Shown: in pieces, positions 38,156 to 48,410 of the stretch
How the letters are laid out: every line of letters begins with the position of its first letter
How positions within the stretch are numbered: position 1 is the stretch's first letter
NCBI GenBank assembly: GCA_018696595.1
Contig: JABHQW010000008.1
Coordinates: 64,001-128,000, forward strand
DNA from: Candidatus Woesearchaeota archaeon
GTDB taxonomy: Archaea; Nanobdellota; Nanobdellia; Woesearchaeales; GW2011-AR9
Direction: 5' to 3'
Length of the DNA stretch: 64,000 bases
Made by a program: the position numbers and the translations under genes
Notes under the pieces: generated by a model
The model's input: only the letters and a program-made list of their open reading frames with translations
Told to the model about the DNA's origin: nothing
Database searches by the model: none

Positions 38156-39192
38156 TAAACAATCCACCCCGGATTTGGTTTCTCATACTGCCAGAGAACT
38201 GATTGAAGTGCAAACATGGTGACCCAAGAATTAACGTCAGAGGAAGTTTCCCCACTTAGCTTCATATTATAAACTAATCCCTCAAATTGGTGTTGTAATT
38301 TTCTTAAGAAAGAAGTACCCAAGAGGATATTCTCTTTATACTTCTCAGAATCAGCAAATAACCAAATTCTAATTGCTTGCGAAGTTGCATCCCCTTGTTT
38401 TTCTAATTCAACATTTTCTTTAAAATACCAATTATACAAACTACCATCTTTATTTTGTTGTTTAGCTAGCCATTCTGCGGATAATTGTATGGGTTCATTA
38501 TATTGAGAGTACCCTTTAGATGTTAGAAAAATCAACCCTTCTGTAGCATAACAATGAGGATGAGTATAAACATAATCTTGTTCTTTGTTTATAGTAAAAT
38601 AATTTTCTTTAAAAGCCCCCATTATCTCGTTGGTTAAACTCTCTGCTAGAACTTTATATTTCTCATCATTAAAGTATTCTGCAGCTTCAATTAGGGCCAT
38701 AGTATTCTTAATCAAAAGAGAACCATAACTTAAAGACCACCTTGTTTTGTCAAAAATAGCTAAATCTTGTTTATCATATACTAATTCTTTCTTTTGTAGA
38801 GAGTTATAAATAAATTCAATCATTTTCTTCATAGCGTTTTTATGGGAATCACTTAACTCACTAACTTTACTTAATGCAATTAAACCTGAAAAACAAATAG
38901 CAGTATCAAAGACATACTTGAATTCTTCCCTACCAACTGAACCATCTTCATTCAAATTCTCACTTAAGTAATCTGCAGAGGTTATTGCTTTTTCTAAATA
39001 CTTAGGCTCATTATATAACAGATATAAATAAGAGAAAGTCTTAACATAATATCCAATTATTTCAAAATAAATATAACCAGGTTTATCGGAATTAGTCCAA
39101 CTATAAACAGCTCCATCTTCTGAGCAAATTTCAGAATTAGACAACCAATTAATCATTTGATGAGTAAATAATTTTAATTCTTCAGGAGCCAT
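38155..39192 (-). CDS. (alpha/alpha)6-barrel protein (AGE-epimerase / six-hairpin glycosidase-like) of unknown activity
   Basis: Helical repeats, Y.Y.EIIGY, HPHCYATEG and WLAKQQNKDGS motifs, inside the glycan operon. Confidence 0.45.
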   Translation of the reverse strand: MAPEELKLFTHQMINWLSNSEICSEDGAVYSWTNSDKPGYIYFEIIGYYVKTFSYLYLLYNEPKYLEKAITSADYLSENLNEDGSVGREEFKYVFDTAICFSGLIALSKVSELSDSHKNAMKKMIEFIYNSLQKKELVYDKQDLAIFDKTRWSLSYGSLLIKNTMALIEAAEYFNDEKYKVLAESLTNEIMGAFKENYFTINKEQDYVYTHPHCYATEGLIFLTSKGYSQYNEPIQLSAEWLAKQQNKDGSLYNWYFKENVELEKQGDATSQAIRIWLFADSEKYKENILLGTSFLRKLQHQFEGLVYNMKLSGETSSDVNSWVTMFALQSVLWQYEKPNPGWIV

Positions 39193-39259
39193 CTTTTATT
39201 TCTTCTTTTTTATTCTTACCGATTATTATTACTGACTACTCTTACTATTTTGGTGCTTG

Positions 39260-40237
39260 CTATTTTGATGTTTTCTGATTCTTAACAAATTCGATATTTC
39301 TCTTCAATCCTTCTTCAAAAGAAACTTTTGGTTCCCAACCAAATAATTGTTTAGCATAAGAATAATCACCACACAAACGATCTACTTCGGCCGCTCTTTC
39401 TTCTACATGAACAATCTCAGAAACACTATTGGTTAATTCTTTTATTTTTTGAGCACAATAATTTACAGAATAATCTTTACCAGTGGCAAAATTTACTGCT
39501 TTCCCTACTGCGTCTGGGTGGGACCCCATTATCAAAAATCCTTCTACTGCATCGTCAACATAAAGTAAATCTCGACTTTGTTCACCATTACCATAAACAG
39601 TAATTGGCTTCCCTTCCAAAGCTAAATTAATAAATTTTGGCACCATGTCATAAGTATGTCTTGGTCCAAACATATTAAATGGTCGAATAATTGAAACTGG
39701 AACCCCATAAGTGTTCCAATAAGCAAAACTATATCGATCTGCAGCAACTTTTGATGCAGCATATGGCGAAGTTGGATTTAACGGATGTTTTTCATCAATT
39801 GGAACGTATTGGGCAGTACCATAAGCTTCACTCGAAGAAGTACAAACTACTCTTTTAATATTCTTATTTAATCTAGCAGCCTCTAAAATATTTAATGTGC
39901 CAATTAGATTAGTTTCCATAACTTCAAAAGGATGATCAAAAGAAAAAGGCACATAAGCTTTTGCTGCCAAATGGAAAATCACTTCAGGACCATTACGATT
40001 AATTAAATTAATTGCATCCTTATCTGCAATATCTCCAGTGATAATTTCTTCAAATTCATCAACTAAGTGTGCGATTTTTCCCAATTGACATTGGATAGGG
40101 CCATCACTTGTTTTTTCTTTAACATAAACTGAAACTTTCGCTCCTAATTTTAACAATGCTTCTGTCAAATGTGATCCCACAAATCCATCAGGACCAGTGA
40201 TTAAAACTTTTTTTCCTTGCCAGTGTGTATTTTCCAT
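39260..40237 (-). CDS. NAD-dependent nucleotide-sugar epimerase/dehydratase (extended SDR)
   Basis: TGPDGFVG, HLAA, TSSSEAYG, SPYAASK and RPFNMFGP motifs. Confidence 0.85.
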   Translation of the reverse strand: MENTHWQGKKVLITGPDGFVGSHLTEALLKLGAKVSVYVKEKTSDGPIQCQLGKIAHLVDEFEEIITGDIADKDAINLINRNGPEVIFHLAAKAYVPFSFDHPFEVMETNLIGTLNILEAARLNKNIKRVVCTSSSEAYGTAQYVPIDEKHPLNPTSPYAASKVAADRYSFAYWNTYGVPVSIIRPFNMFGPRHTYDMVPKFINLALEGKPITVYGNGEQSRDLLYVDDAVEGFLIMGSHPDAVGKAVNFATGKDYSVNYCAQKIKELTNSVSEIVHVEERAAEVDRLCGDYSYAKQLFGWEPKVSFEEGLKRNIEFVKNQKTSK

Positions 40238-40375
40238 TATTGATACCCCGTCATGAGATTATTATAAGATTATTATAACAAGGAGAAAGCCCCTATTCGC
40301 TTTATAAATATTGTTAAACATTGTCAAGTGAAATGTACTTACTTCCCTGTGACAGAAGAGACAAAGAGTAGTAAA

Positions 40376-41074
40376 TTAAAACCACCGATATCCAAATATT
40401 CTTACCATTCCTTTGATATAACGTAAACCATGTTCAGATAATACAAATTTTGATTCGCCCTTTTCCCTATCAACAGAATTAAAACCAACTTCTGAAATCT
40501 TTGCACCTTTTTTCATTAACTTAACTAAAATTTCAAGTTCAACTTCAAATCCTTCTTCTTTCGTTTTTAAGCCCTTCAATATTTCTTTACGATATGCTCT
40601 AAAACCAGAAGTAACATCCTTTAATTGAGACAAGATCATCAACTTGGTGAAAAAGTTAGTAATTTTACTAAGAAGATCAGATTTTAAAGGTACGCCCTTG
40701 ACTCCAGCTCCCTTAACATACCTTGAACCAATTACAATATCATTATTGGAATCTAATCTATTAACCAATCTGGAGATTATTTTTGGAGGATGAGCTAAAT
40801 CTGAGTCCATAGTAACAATGATTCTTCCTTTGGCAGCTTTAAAACCAATTGGTAATGCGTATCCTAAGTTCTTATTTGGGGCATAACTAATCAGTTTAAT
40901 TTTAGAATAATTCTTCTGAAATTGTTTGATTATTTTTTCAGTCTGATCAGAACTACCATCATTAACAAAAATCAATTCATATTCTTCATTTAAATCAATT
41001 TGTTTAAAGAAAGTAACTATAAAACTAGGTAAAACCTCTTCTTCATTATAAACAGGAACAATTATTGAAATCAT
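40376..41074 (-). CDS. GT2, DPM1-like polyprenyl-phosphate sugar synthase
   Basis: PVYNEE, VNDGSSD, MDSDLAHPP, GSRY and DVTSGFR motifs. Confidence 0.85.
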   Translation of the reverse strand: MISIIVPVYNEEEVLPSFIVTFFKQIDLNEEYELIFVNDGSSDQTEKIIKQFQKNYSKIKLISYAPNKNLGYALPIGFKAAKGRIIVTMDSDLAHPPKIISRLVNRLDSNNDIVIGSRYVKGAGVKGVPLKSDLLSKITNFFTKLMILSQLKDVTSGFRAYRKEILKGLKTKEEGFEVELEILVKLMKKGAKISEVGFNSVDREKGESKFVLSEHGLRYIKGMVRIFGYRWF

Positions 41075-41700
41075 TTTTTCCTAAATACCCCATATAAAAC
41101 TAAAGTTAAAAAATTTCTGATTCTTAAACATCTAAAACCCAAAAACATTTTTATAAACGATTTTCTATCATAAGTTCTGTTAATGGGTTCATCATTGGGA
41201 TTTTTTTTACCAGTGATTATTCTTCGCAAGAACATTGAATTATAAATACTATATTTCCACGGAACTTCCGCAACTACAATTCCCCCTGGTCTGAGAATCC
41301 GATGCATTTCTTTAATTGTTTTTTGGGGATTATCTAAATATTGGATTAAACCAGTATTTACAATAACATCAAAAGAATTATCTTCAAAATTAAGTTTCTC
41401 TGAATCCATTACTTTAAATCCGATCATTGGAAAGTTTTTTTTTGCTCTTTCGATTGCCCAAGAAGATAAATCCACCCCCATCGTTTTCCCACTCCTCTTA
41501 AACAAATCAAAAGTATTTACTCCCGTTCCACAAGCTAAGTCTAAAATTCTTTTGTTTTTATATTTGGTTAATGACAAGATAAATTTTATTTTCAAACCAT
41601 AAAACAAACGTTCTAAGAGGTTGCCTTTCTTTCTCGCTTTATACCAATCATAACGAGCAGAATTAACCCAATATTCCTTAACTTTTTCTTTTTCTACCAT
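41071..41700 (-). CDS. Class I SAM-dependent methyltransferase
   Basis: ILDLACGTG, GVDLS, FEDNSFD and LRPGG motifs. Confidence 0.85.
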   Translation of the reverse strand: MVEKEKVKEYWVNSARYDWYKARKKGNLLERLFYGLKIKFILSLTKYKNKRILDLACGTGVNTFDLFKRSGKTMGVDLSSWAIERAKKNFPMIGFKVMDSEKLNFEDNSFDVIVNTGLIQYLDNPQKTIKEMHRILRPGGIVVAEVPWKYSIYNSMFLRRIITGKKNPNDEPINRTYDRKSFIKMFLGFRCLRIRNFLTLVLYGVFRKK

Positions 41701-41839
41701 GTAATACTTTTCATAACAGGATTATATAAAACTTACGAAAGGAGATTCAATTTAAATTAGAAGTACATAAGTTATATAAATAACTATTTTTGCATTCTTT
41801 AATAAATTAAAATATTTATAGATCCCACCCGAACAAAAA

Positions 41840-42715
41840 ATGAAAATAATAATAACGATTCCGGCTTACAATGAAGAAAAAACTCTTCCTAAAGTAATTG
41901 CAGAGATCAGGCAAGTGATGGAAAAAACTGATTATGATTACCAAATTATGGTTCTTAATGATGGAAGTATAGATCAAACAAAAAGAGTGGCAGAAGAAGC
42001 AGGAGCAATTGTTTTTTCCAATAAAAGAAATAAAGGGTTAGCTGATACATTTAAGCATGAGATTAAAAGATGTTTAGAATTAAATGCAGATATTATTGTT
42101 CACACTGATGCTGATGGTCAATATCCCGCAATATATATCCCCCAACTTATTGAAAAATTAAATAAAGGTTATGATCTCATTTTAGGTAGCAGATTTGGCA
42201 AAGGAAATTATTCTGGATCTTTAATGAAAAACATTGGAAACAAAACATTTGCTAAAGTTTTCTCGGGATTATTAAAGGTTAAACTAACAGACACTACCAC
42301 GGGATTTAGAGCTTTTACTAGAGAAGTTGCTGAGCTTCCTCTGATCAATAATTTTACTTACACACAAGAACAATTAATCAGAGCCGGAAAAGAAAAAATG
42401 AAAATTGGTGAAGTCCCAATAACAACAAATAGAACAAGAAAAAGTCGATTATTTAAAAATCCGTTTGATTATGCAATTAAAGCTTGGATAAACATATTTA
42501 GAATTTATCGAGATTTTGAACCAATAAGGTTTTTTGGGCTAATTGGATTCTTAAGTATTATTTTTGGAATGTTAATTGGAGTTTATTTTGTATACTTGCA
42601 TTTTACATCTGGAATCTCAGGACATTTAGGTCTTTTATTTCTAATGTTAATTCTACTTGTTTTTGGGGTTCAGACAATATTATTTGGTTTTATAGCAGAT
42701 ATGATTAGGAAATAA
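41840..42715 (+). CDS. GT2, DPM1-like glycosyltransferase with two C-terminal TMs
   Basis: PAYNEE, NDGSID, DADGQY, GSRF and DTTTGFRA motifs plus a hydrophobic tail. Confidence 0.85.
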   Translation: MKIIITIPAYNEEKTLPKVIAEIRQVMEKTDYDYQIMVLNDGSIDQTKRVAEEAGAIVFSNKRNKGLADTFKHEIKRCLELNADIIVHTDADGQYPAIYIPQLIEKLNKGYDLILGSRFGKGNYSGSLMKNIGNKTFAKVFSGLLKVKLTDTTTGFRAFTREVAELPLINNFTYTQEQLIRAGKEKMKIGEVPITTNRTRKSRLFKNPFDYAIKAWINIFRIYRDFEPIRFFGLIGFLSIIFGMLIGVYFVYLHFTSGISGHLGLLFLMLILLVFGVQTILFGFIADMIRK

Positions 42716-42741
42716 ATAGAAGATTAAGAAATAGATAAAGT

Positions 42742-44163
42742 TTAATTTCTTCGCATTTGATTCTTTAACATATTAAATCCCATTTTCATCCCATTAATTA
42801 AACCAATCTTAAAAGAACTTAATGATCGAATCCCATAAGAAACAACGCCCACCACATAAAATATTCGGTTTGGTTTTAGTTTTATTAACTTTCTAATCAA
42901 TGGAATGGTAGAAGGATATTTTGCACCAAGACTAAAAAACTTTTGTAAATTAGCAAATTGATCTGCATACTCTGATTTTAATAACGAAGAATCAAATAAA
43001 GAAGGAATAACGTCAACATTAAATTCCTTACCAATGTAACCATTCTCAACACAATATTCCGCTAAATCTGTTTTAGGATAAGGTTGAAAGATGCATGGCA
43101 AAGTATAATCTGTTTTAATCTTAGCATTAAATTTCATTGTTTCAATAGCTTCTTCAATTGTTTCTCCAGGAAGACCAATCATATTGTAAGTTCCAACTTT
43201 AATTTTATACTTTCTCAATAGTTCCACTCCTTCGATTATACTTTCATTTTTCAAAGCTTTACGTAAAAGTAAATTTCGCATATTCTCATTAGCAGTTTCT
43301 AAACCAAAAGTAATACAATCACACCCTGCCCAACTTAATTTTTTAACGACTTCTTCATTTAGTTCATTAGCTCTTCCTAAACAAGTAAAGGGAAGCCCAA
43401 TTTCTTGATGATATAAGTCCAATAGTTCCATTAACCATCGCTTATCCACCGTAAAATTATCATCAATAAAACGCACAACTTCTAAAGGATATTTTTCTTG
43501 AACAGATTTAATCTCTTCAATTATTCTTGCCGGGCTCATTCTTCTAACATATTTTCCTTTACCTTTATACAAAAGCCTCTTAGCATGATTGTAACAAAAA
43601 GAACAATTATAAGGACATCCTCTGCTAGTAGCAAACCTTTTTGTCACTAAACCCCTTAAGAACGGAAACTTGGAATAATAAAGTTCACGATCTGGAAATG
43701 GAAAAGAATCTAAATCTTCTACTAAGTTTCCCAGTGGGTTTTTAATGATTTGTCCTTCTTTTTTTACCCATAATCCTTCAATATCAGAATAATCTTCATT
43801 CTTATCAATCCTATTAGCCAATTCTAACATTGGGACTTCACCCTCCCCAATACAAATCATATCAACCGCTTCTTCATTAATAACATCTCTAAAAAAAGTT
43901 GGATGGGGACCCCCAAAAATAAAAGGAACTGAAAAATATCTTTTTAATTGTTGAGCGGCTCTTAAGTTCCATTTATGGAATCCAGAAACAACTGAAAATG
44001 CAATGAGGTCAGGATTAAGTTTCTTTATCGAAGAAATAATCTTTTTTTCTTCTTTTAAAATAAATATCTCTACTTGGTGCCCTTGTTCTTTAAGAACAGC
44101 AGAAAGTGACATAGGGCCAAAATAATCAAATAAAGTATCTTGAATAAATGCGATTTTTGCCAT
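42742..44163 (-). CDS. B12-binding-domain radical SAM protein
   Basis: GPMSLSA...GGPHPT...GEGE and SRGCPYNCSFC motifs, DDNF. Confidence 0.85.
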   Translation of the reverse strand: MAKIAFIQDTLFDYFGPMSLSAVLKEQGHQVEIFILKEEKKIISSIKKLNPDLIAFSVVSGFHKWNLRAAQQLKRYFSVPFIFGGPHPTFFRDVINEEAVDMICIGEGEVPMLELANRIDKNEDYSDIEGLWVKKEGQIIKNPLGNLVEDLDSFPFPDRELYYSKFPFLRGLVTKRFATSRGCPYNCSFCYNHAKRLLYKGKGKYVRRMSPARIIEEIKSVQEKYPLEVVRFIDDNFTVDKRWLMELLDLYHQEIGLPFTCLGRANELNEEVVKKLSWAGCDCITFGLETANENMRNLLLRKALKNESIIEGVELLRKYKIKVGTYNMIGLPGETIEEAIETMKFNAKIKTDYTLPCIFQPYPKTDLAEYCVENGYIGKEFNVDVIPSLFDSSLLKSEYADQFANLQKFFSLGAKYPSTIPLIRKLIKLKPNRIFYVVGVVSYGIRSLSSFKIGLINGMKMGFNMLKNQMRRN

Positions 44164-44244
44164 GAAACCTAGTTTAAAACATTCCTTTTTTTAAACATTC
44201 CTATAATAAATCCACAACATATATAACTATAAGAAAAACAATTA

Positions 44245-45234
44245 ATGATTCACAAAATGAGTAAAATAAAAAAACCGTTATTAAAGATATTAAAAACTCC
44301 AGCCCTTTATATTATCGGTATCGCAATTATTGGGTTTATTCTCTATAAAATTGGAATCAAAGAAATAACTGTGACAATTAGTTCTATGAATCTTTTTTAT
44401 CTCCCCTTAATAATCATATTAACCCTAGGGGCATTATTCTTAGGCAGTTTAAGTATTTGGATTTTAGTAAGGCCAATCAAAGAAATTAGTTTAAGAAAAA
44501 TAATTAGATATTATTGTATTTCTTGGGCGTTTGGATTGATTGCGCCAGGTAAAATTGGGGATTTCTCAATTCTCCTTTGGTTTAAGAAAAAAGAAAATAT
44601 TAATTTTGGACAAGGGCTTGCAGTAGTAATATTAGATAAAGTAATAACATTCGCAATATTATTCATTTTTGCTAGCGCTAGTTTATTTCTATTTTTTCCA
44701 TTTGTTATGGCATTAAAATTATTCTTTCTAGTTTTAGGTATTGGGGCCGTTGGTTTAATCATCATTTATACCCCCTGGGGAAGAAGAATTGTTAGAAAAA
44801 CGATTCTGAGGAAACACGCAATTTATTTTAATGGTTTTTGGACAGCAAGTAAAAATTATTTTAGCAGTTTACAAAAAACACTTTTAATTAATATAGCTGC
44901 CACCCTAGGTAGAGTTATATTAACTGGATTGATTTATTATTCAATTTTCTTAAGCATAGGATTAAAAACAAATATAATTTATGTTTTTTTAATTTCTGCC
45001 ACCGTTTTAATTATTTCATTTATTCCAATCTCTATTAATGGCCTGGGTATAAGAGAATTAACCAATGTTTACTTGTATAGCCAAGTTGGAATTACGCCAC
45101 AAATTGCTTTTTCCTCATCTATCATCAATTTAATAATACTTTACGTTCTTGGAGCAATTATCTTTTCTTACACTTACAAGATGAGGAATTCAGAAAACGA
45201 TCCTCAATCAGCCCCAGATACTTTTCCCAACTAA
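44245..45234 (+). CDS. UPF0104 / lysylphosphatidylglycerol-synthase TM-like (AglD-type flippase-like) membrane protein
   Basis: APGKIGD and IPISINGLGIRE motifs, about 8 TMs. Confidence 0.8.
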   Translation: MIHKMSKIKKPLLKILKTPALYIIGIAIIGFILYKIGIKEITVTISSMNLFYLPLIIILTLGALFLGSLSIWILVRPIKEISLRKIIRYYCISWAFGLIAPGKIGDFSILLWFKKKENINFGQGLAVVILDKVITFAILFIFASASLFLFFPFVMALKLFFLVLGIGAVGLIIIYTPWGRRIVRKTILRKHAIYFNGFWTASKNYFSSLQKTLLINIAATLGRVILTGLIYYSIFLSIGLKTNIIYVFLISATVLIISFIPISINGLGIRELTNVYLYSQVGITPQIAFSSSIINLIILYVLGAIIFSYTYKMRNSENDPQSAPDTFPN

Positions 45235-46306
45235 AATTCTGTTTATAAACTTTGACGTTTTCAATAAAATTTTCTTTTTTATTAAGTTTGTAGAAATTAA
45301 CAACCGCCCGAGCTAAAGCAGAAGCATCTTTGGGTGGGACTAAATATCCTGTATAATCATCTTTTACTGATTCTGATAATCCACCAACATCAGTAACAAC
45401 ACAGGGTTTATTAAAATGATATGCAGTTTGAACAATCGCTGATTGAGTTGTAGTTAAGTAAGGTAAAACTAACAAATCAGAAACAACAAAATATTTGCCG
45501 ACTTCTTTATCGGGAACATAATTATCAATTAATACAATTGAATCTTCCAAGTTGTTATCTTTAATTAAATCTAAATACCTCTTTTTATCTTCCCAAAATT
45601 CTCCAACAATTAAAAGAGTAATATCCCCTAATTGTTTAACAATTTCGGGCATAGCTTTAATTAAATACCATAAGCCTTTATATTCGCGAATATAACCAAA
45701 AAAAAGTATTGTTCTTTTCTTTAAACCCATGTCTATTTTTAACTGTTCTGACAGAACCACTTTATCAAAATTATTAAAATTTGGCAAGAATGAAGTAATT
45801 ACAGAACATTTCTTATTCATCTTTTTTACTTCTACTGCTTCATCAGAAGAATGAGCCACAAAATAGTCCACATTACTAAAAGACAGTTTTGTTAAAAAAG
45901 AGTCCACTAAACGCCCTTCGTGTGGCTTAGCACAATGACAAATAAATATGGGTTTAGCTTTTGAAAAAAGTTTAATCATAATGGTGAGAGGGTAAAATAC
46001 TGGAGTCATTGCCGGAGACACCCAGTTAAAAAAAACAAATTTAGATTTATTTCTCTTAATCAATTTAACAACCTTAATCCAAGTAAGTGGGTTCAAATAA
46101 TCTAAAACAAACACAGATTTATTTTTCTTAATAACTTCAGAACTATTATTTTCTACTTGATTCTTAACCAAAAAAGAAGGGTAACGCCTCTTCCAACTGA
46201 TTAATTGAACTTCATGTTTTTTGCTAAATTCTTGATTAAGTTGTTGAGTAAAATGAGTTATGCCACCTTTGTAAGGATAAACCGGACCAATTAAAGTTAT
46301 TTTCAT
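45158..46306 (-). CDS. GT4 family glycosyltransferase
   Basis: YPYKGGI, FFGYIREYKG, LPY...QS and VTDVGGL motifs. Confidence 0.85.
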   Translation of the reverse strand: MKITLIGPVYPYKGGITHFTQQLNQEFSKKHEVQLISWKRRYPSFLVKNQVENNSSEVIKKNKSVFVLDYLNPLTWIKVVKLIKRNKSKFVFFNWVSPAMTPVFYPLTIMIKLFSKAKPIFICHCAKPHEGRLVDSFLTKLSFSNVDYFVAHSSDEAVEVKKMNKKCSVITSFLPNFNNFDKVVLSEQLKIDMGLKKRTILFFGYIREYKGLWYLIKAMPEIVKQLGDITLLIVGEFWEDKKRYLDLIKDNNLEDSIVLIDNYVPDKEVGKYFVVSDLLVLPYLTTTQSAIVQTAYHFNKPCVVTDVGGLSESVKDDYTGYLVPPKDASALARAVVNFYKLNKKENFIENVKVYKQNFSWEKYLGLIEDRFLNSSSCKCKKR

Positions 46307-46309
46307 TTT

Positions 46310-47317
46310 TTATTGAACTATTTTTATACTAGAGATAGTATTCTGAAGAGCTTCTTTCATTGAATGATATTTTCTCTCACCTAATGCTATAGTGATTAAA
46401 TTGTTGGAAATGGTCCGATATTCTTTTTTCAGATTATTTTCATCAGTATATTCTATACTAATCATTTCATCACCCAATATTTCTTTAATAAGTTCAGCAA
46501 TATTACTTAAAGACAAGACTTCTGAGGAAGAAAGATTATAAACCCGATGTTTTAGTTCTAAAAAATTAGAAGAGGCCAAATCAATTATGTCTCGCACTAA
46601 ATCCTTAACATAAATAAATGTTCTTTTATTAGAACCATCACCAAAAACGGTAATCTTTTGTTTTGTCATTGCATCTTTAATAAAACGCGGGATAATCTGA
46701 GGATAATTGTCAAAGTCATCACCCTCGCCAAAAGTATTATCAATACGAATAATAATAACATTTAAACCAGATTCTTTATTATAAGCAGAACAAAGGTTTT
46801 CCCCAAATCGTTTTGCAATAACATAACCATAATTAGGGGTTGTATTAACATCACTACCATCTTTTATACAAAAATTATCAGATTCGTTAATTAAGTCTTC
46901 TTTAAAATCATATAAAGCAACCGAACTCCCATAAATTAATTTTTCAATTTTGTTCTCTTGACAAGCCTTAATTATATTTGAATCAATCTTACTATTAAGA
47001 TCCATCATAGTTGCTGGAAATTGATTGTGGTACCCATAATTTTTTTTAAAATTAGCTAAATGAATAACAATATCTACTTCATTAAAACTCTTTTGACAAA
47101 AAGAAGCATCTAATAAATCCCCCGTTACAAAATCTATCTTTGATCCAAATCTTTTTGTTAAGTTTCTATGATCTTTACGCCCAATAATTTTTAATGGAAA
47201 CTGACTAATATTCTTGGTAATTAGTTCTTCAACAAGATGCGAACCAATAAATCCCGAACCACCGGTAATTAATATTCGTTTACCTTTCAAAACATCATCT
47301 TGTTCTCTCAAATTCAT
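46310..47317 (-). CDS. NAD-dependent epimerase/reductase (GDP-fucose synthase-like SDR)
   Basis: [26 protein letters not shown] and PRFI motifs, directly downstream of gmd. Confidence 0.7.
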   Translation of the reverse strand: MNLREQDDVLKGKRILITGGSGFIGSHLVEELITKNISQFPLKIIGRKDHRNLTKRFGSKIDFVTGDLLDASFCQKSFNEVDIVIHLANFKKNYGYHNQFPATMMDLNSKIDSNIIKACQENKIEKLIYGSSVALYDFKEDLINESDNFCIKDGSDVNTTPNYGYVIAKRFGENLCSAYNKESGLNVIIIRIDNTFGEGDDFDNYPQIIPRFIKDAMTKQKITVFGDGSNKRTFIYVKDLVRDIIDLASSNFLELKHRVYNLSSSEVLSLSNIAELIKEILGDEMISIEYTDENNLKKEYRTISNNLITIALGERKYHSMKEALQNTISSIKIVQ

Positions 47318-48344
47318 TAACCTCCCATTCTGTCATTAATTTGATCAACTCCTTAAATTTAACTTTTGGTTGCCAACCCAGAAGCGTTCTAGCTTTTGCA
47401 GGATTACCTAATAATAAATCAACTTCAGTTGGCCGAAAATAATTAGGATCAACGTCAACAATTACTTCTCCCGAATCAGAATTAATTCCTTTCTCATCAA
47501 TCCCAGACCCTTGCCAAACAATATTAATCCCTAATAGACTACAAGTTTCTTCTATCAACTCCCTTACAGTATGAGTTTCCCCAGTAGCAATAATATAATC
47601 TTCGGGTTTATCTTGTTGAAGCATTAACCACATAGATTCAACATAATCTTTAGCATAGCCCCAATCACGTCGTGCTTCTAAATTTCCAATCCCTAACTTT
47701 TTCTGTTTACCATACTTTATTCTGACAAGAGATTCAATTACTTTCTTTGAAACAAAATTCTTCCCTCTCCTTGGAGACTCGTGGTTAAACAAAATACCAT
47801 TACACCCAAAAAGATTATACGCTTCACGATAATTTTTGATAATCCAATAACCATATAATTTTGCAACCCCATAAGGACTTCGAGGATAAAAAGGAGTTTT
47901 CTCAGTTTGTGGAGTTTCTACTGCTTTACCAAACAATTCCGATGTTGAAGCTTGATACACTCGAGTTGTTTCCACTAATCCCGCTGAACGAACTGCTTCC
48001 AATATTTTTAAAACACTAAAACCAGTTGCTTCCGCAGTACCTTCAGGAACTTTAAAGGAAATCCCAACATGACTTTGTGCAGCAAGATTATAAATTTCAT
48101 CAGGCCGTATTTTTTGAATTAGTTGAAATAAGTTACTAGAATCAGTAATATCACCATAATGTAAAAATAGTTTCTCATTTCGATTATGTTTATCCTGATG
48201 CAAATGTTTAATTCTTTCCCGATTAAATGTTGAAGATCGTCTCACTAAACCATGAACTTCATAGCCTTTTTCTAACAAAAACTCAGCAAGATAAGACCCA
48301 TCTTGGCCAGTTATTCCTGTAATAAATGCCTTTTTTATCATCAT
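47295..48344 (-). CDS. gmd: GDP-mannose 4,6-dehydratase
   Basis: [46 protein letters not shown] and RDWGYAKDY motifs. Confidence 0.95.
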   Translation of the reverse strand: MMIKKAFITGITGQDGSYLAEFLLEKGYEVHGLVRRSSTFNRERIKHLHQDKHNRNEKLFLHYGDITDSSNLFQLIQKIRPDEIYNLAAQSHVGISFKVPEGTAEATGFSVLKILEAVRSAGLVETTRVYQASTSELFGKAVETPQTEKTPFYPRSPYGVAKLYGYWIIKNYREAYNLFGCNGILFNHESPRRGKNFVSKKVIESLVRIKYGKQKKLGIGNLEARRDWGYAKDYVESMWLMLQQDKPEDYIIATGETHTVRELIEETCSLLGINIVWQGSGIDEKGINSDSGEVIVDVDPNYFRPTEVDLLLGNPAKARTLLGWQPKVKFKELIKLMTEWEVNEFERTR

Positions 48345-48410
48345 TTAAGTTCCAACTATAGAGTATTTAAATGTTATTATACTATTTTTCAGGTAACACA
48401 AATTTATCAT

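Noticed and set aside
40256-40277. Tandem 11-bp repeat AGATTATTATA x2
   Set aside because: Low-complexity AT-rich duplication in a UTR with no other support.
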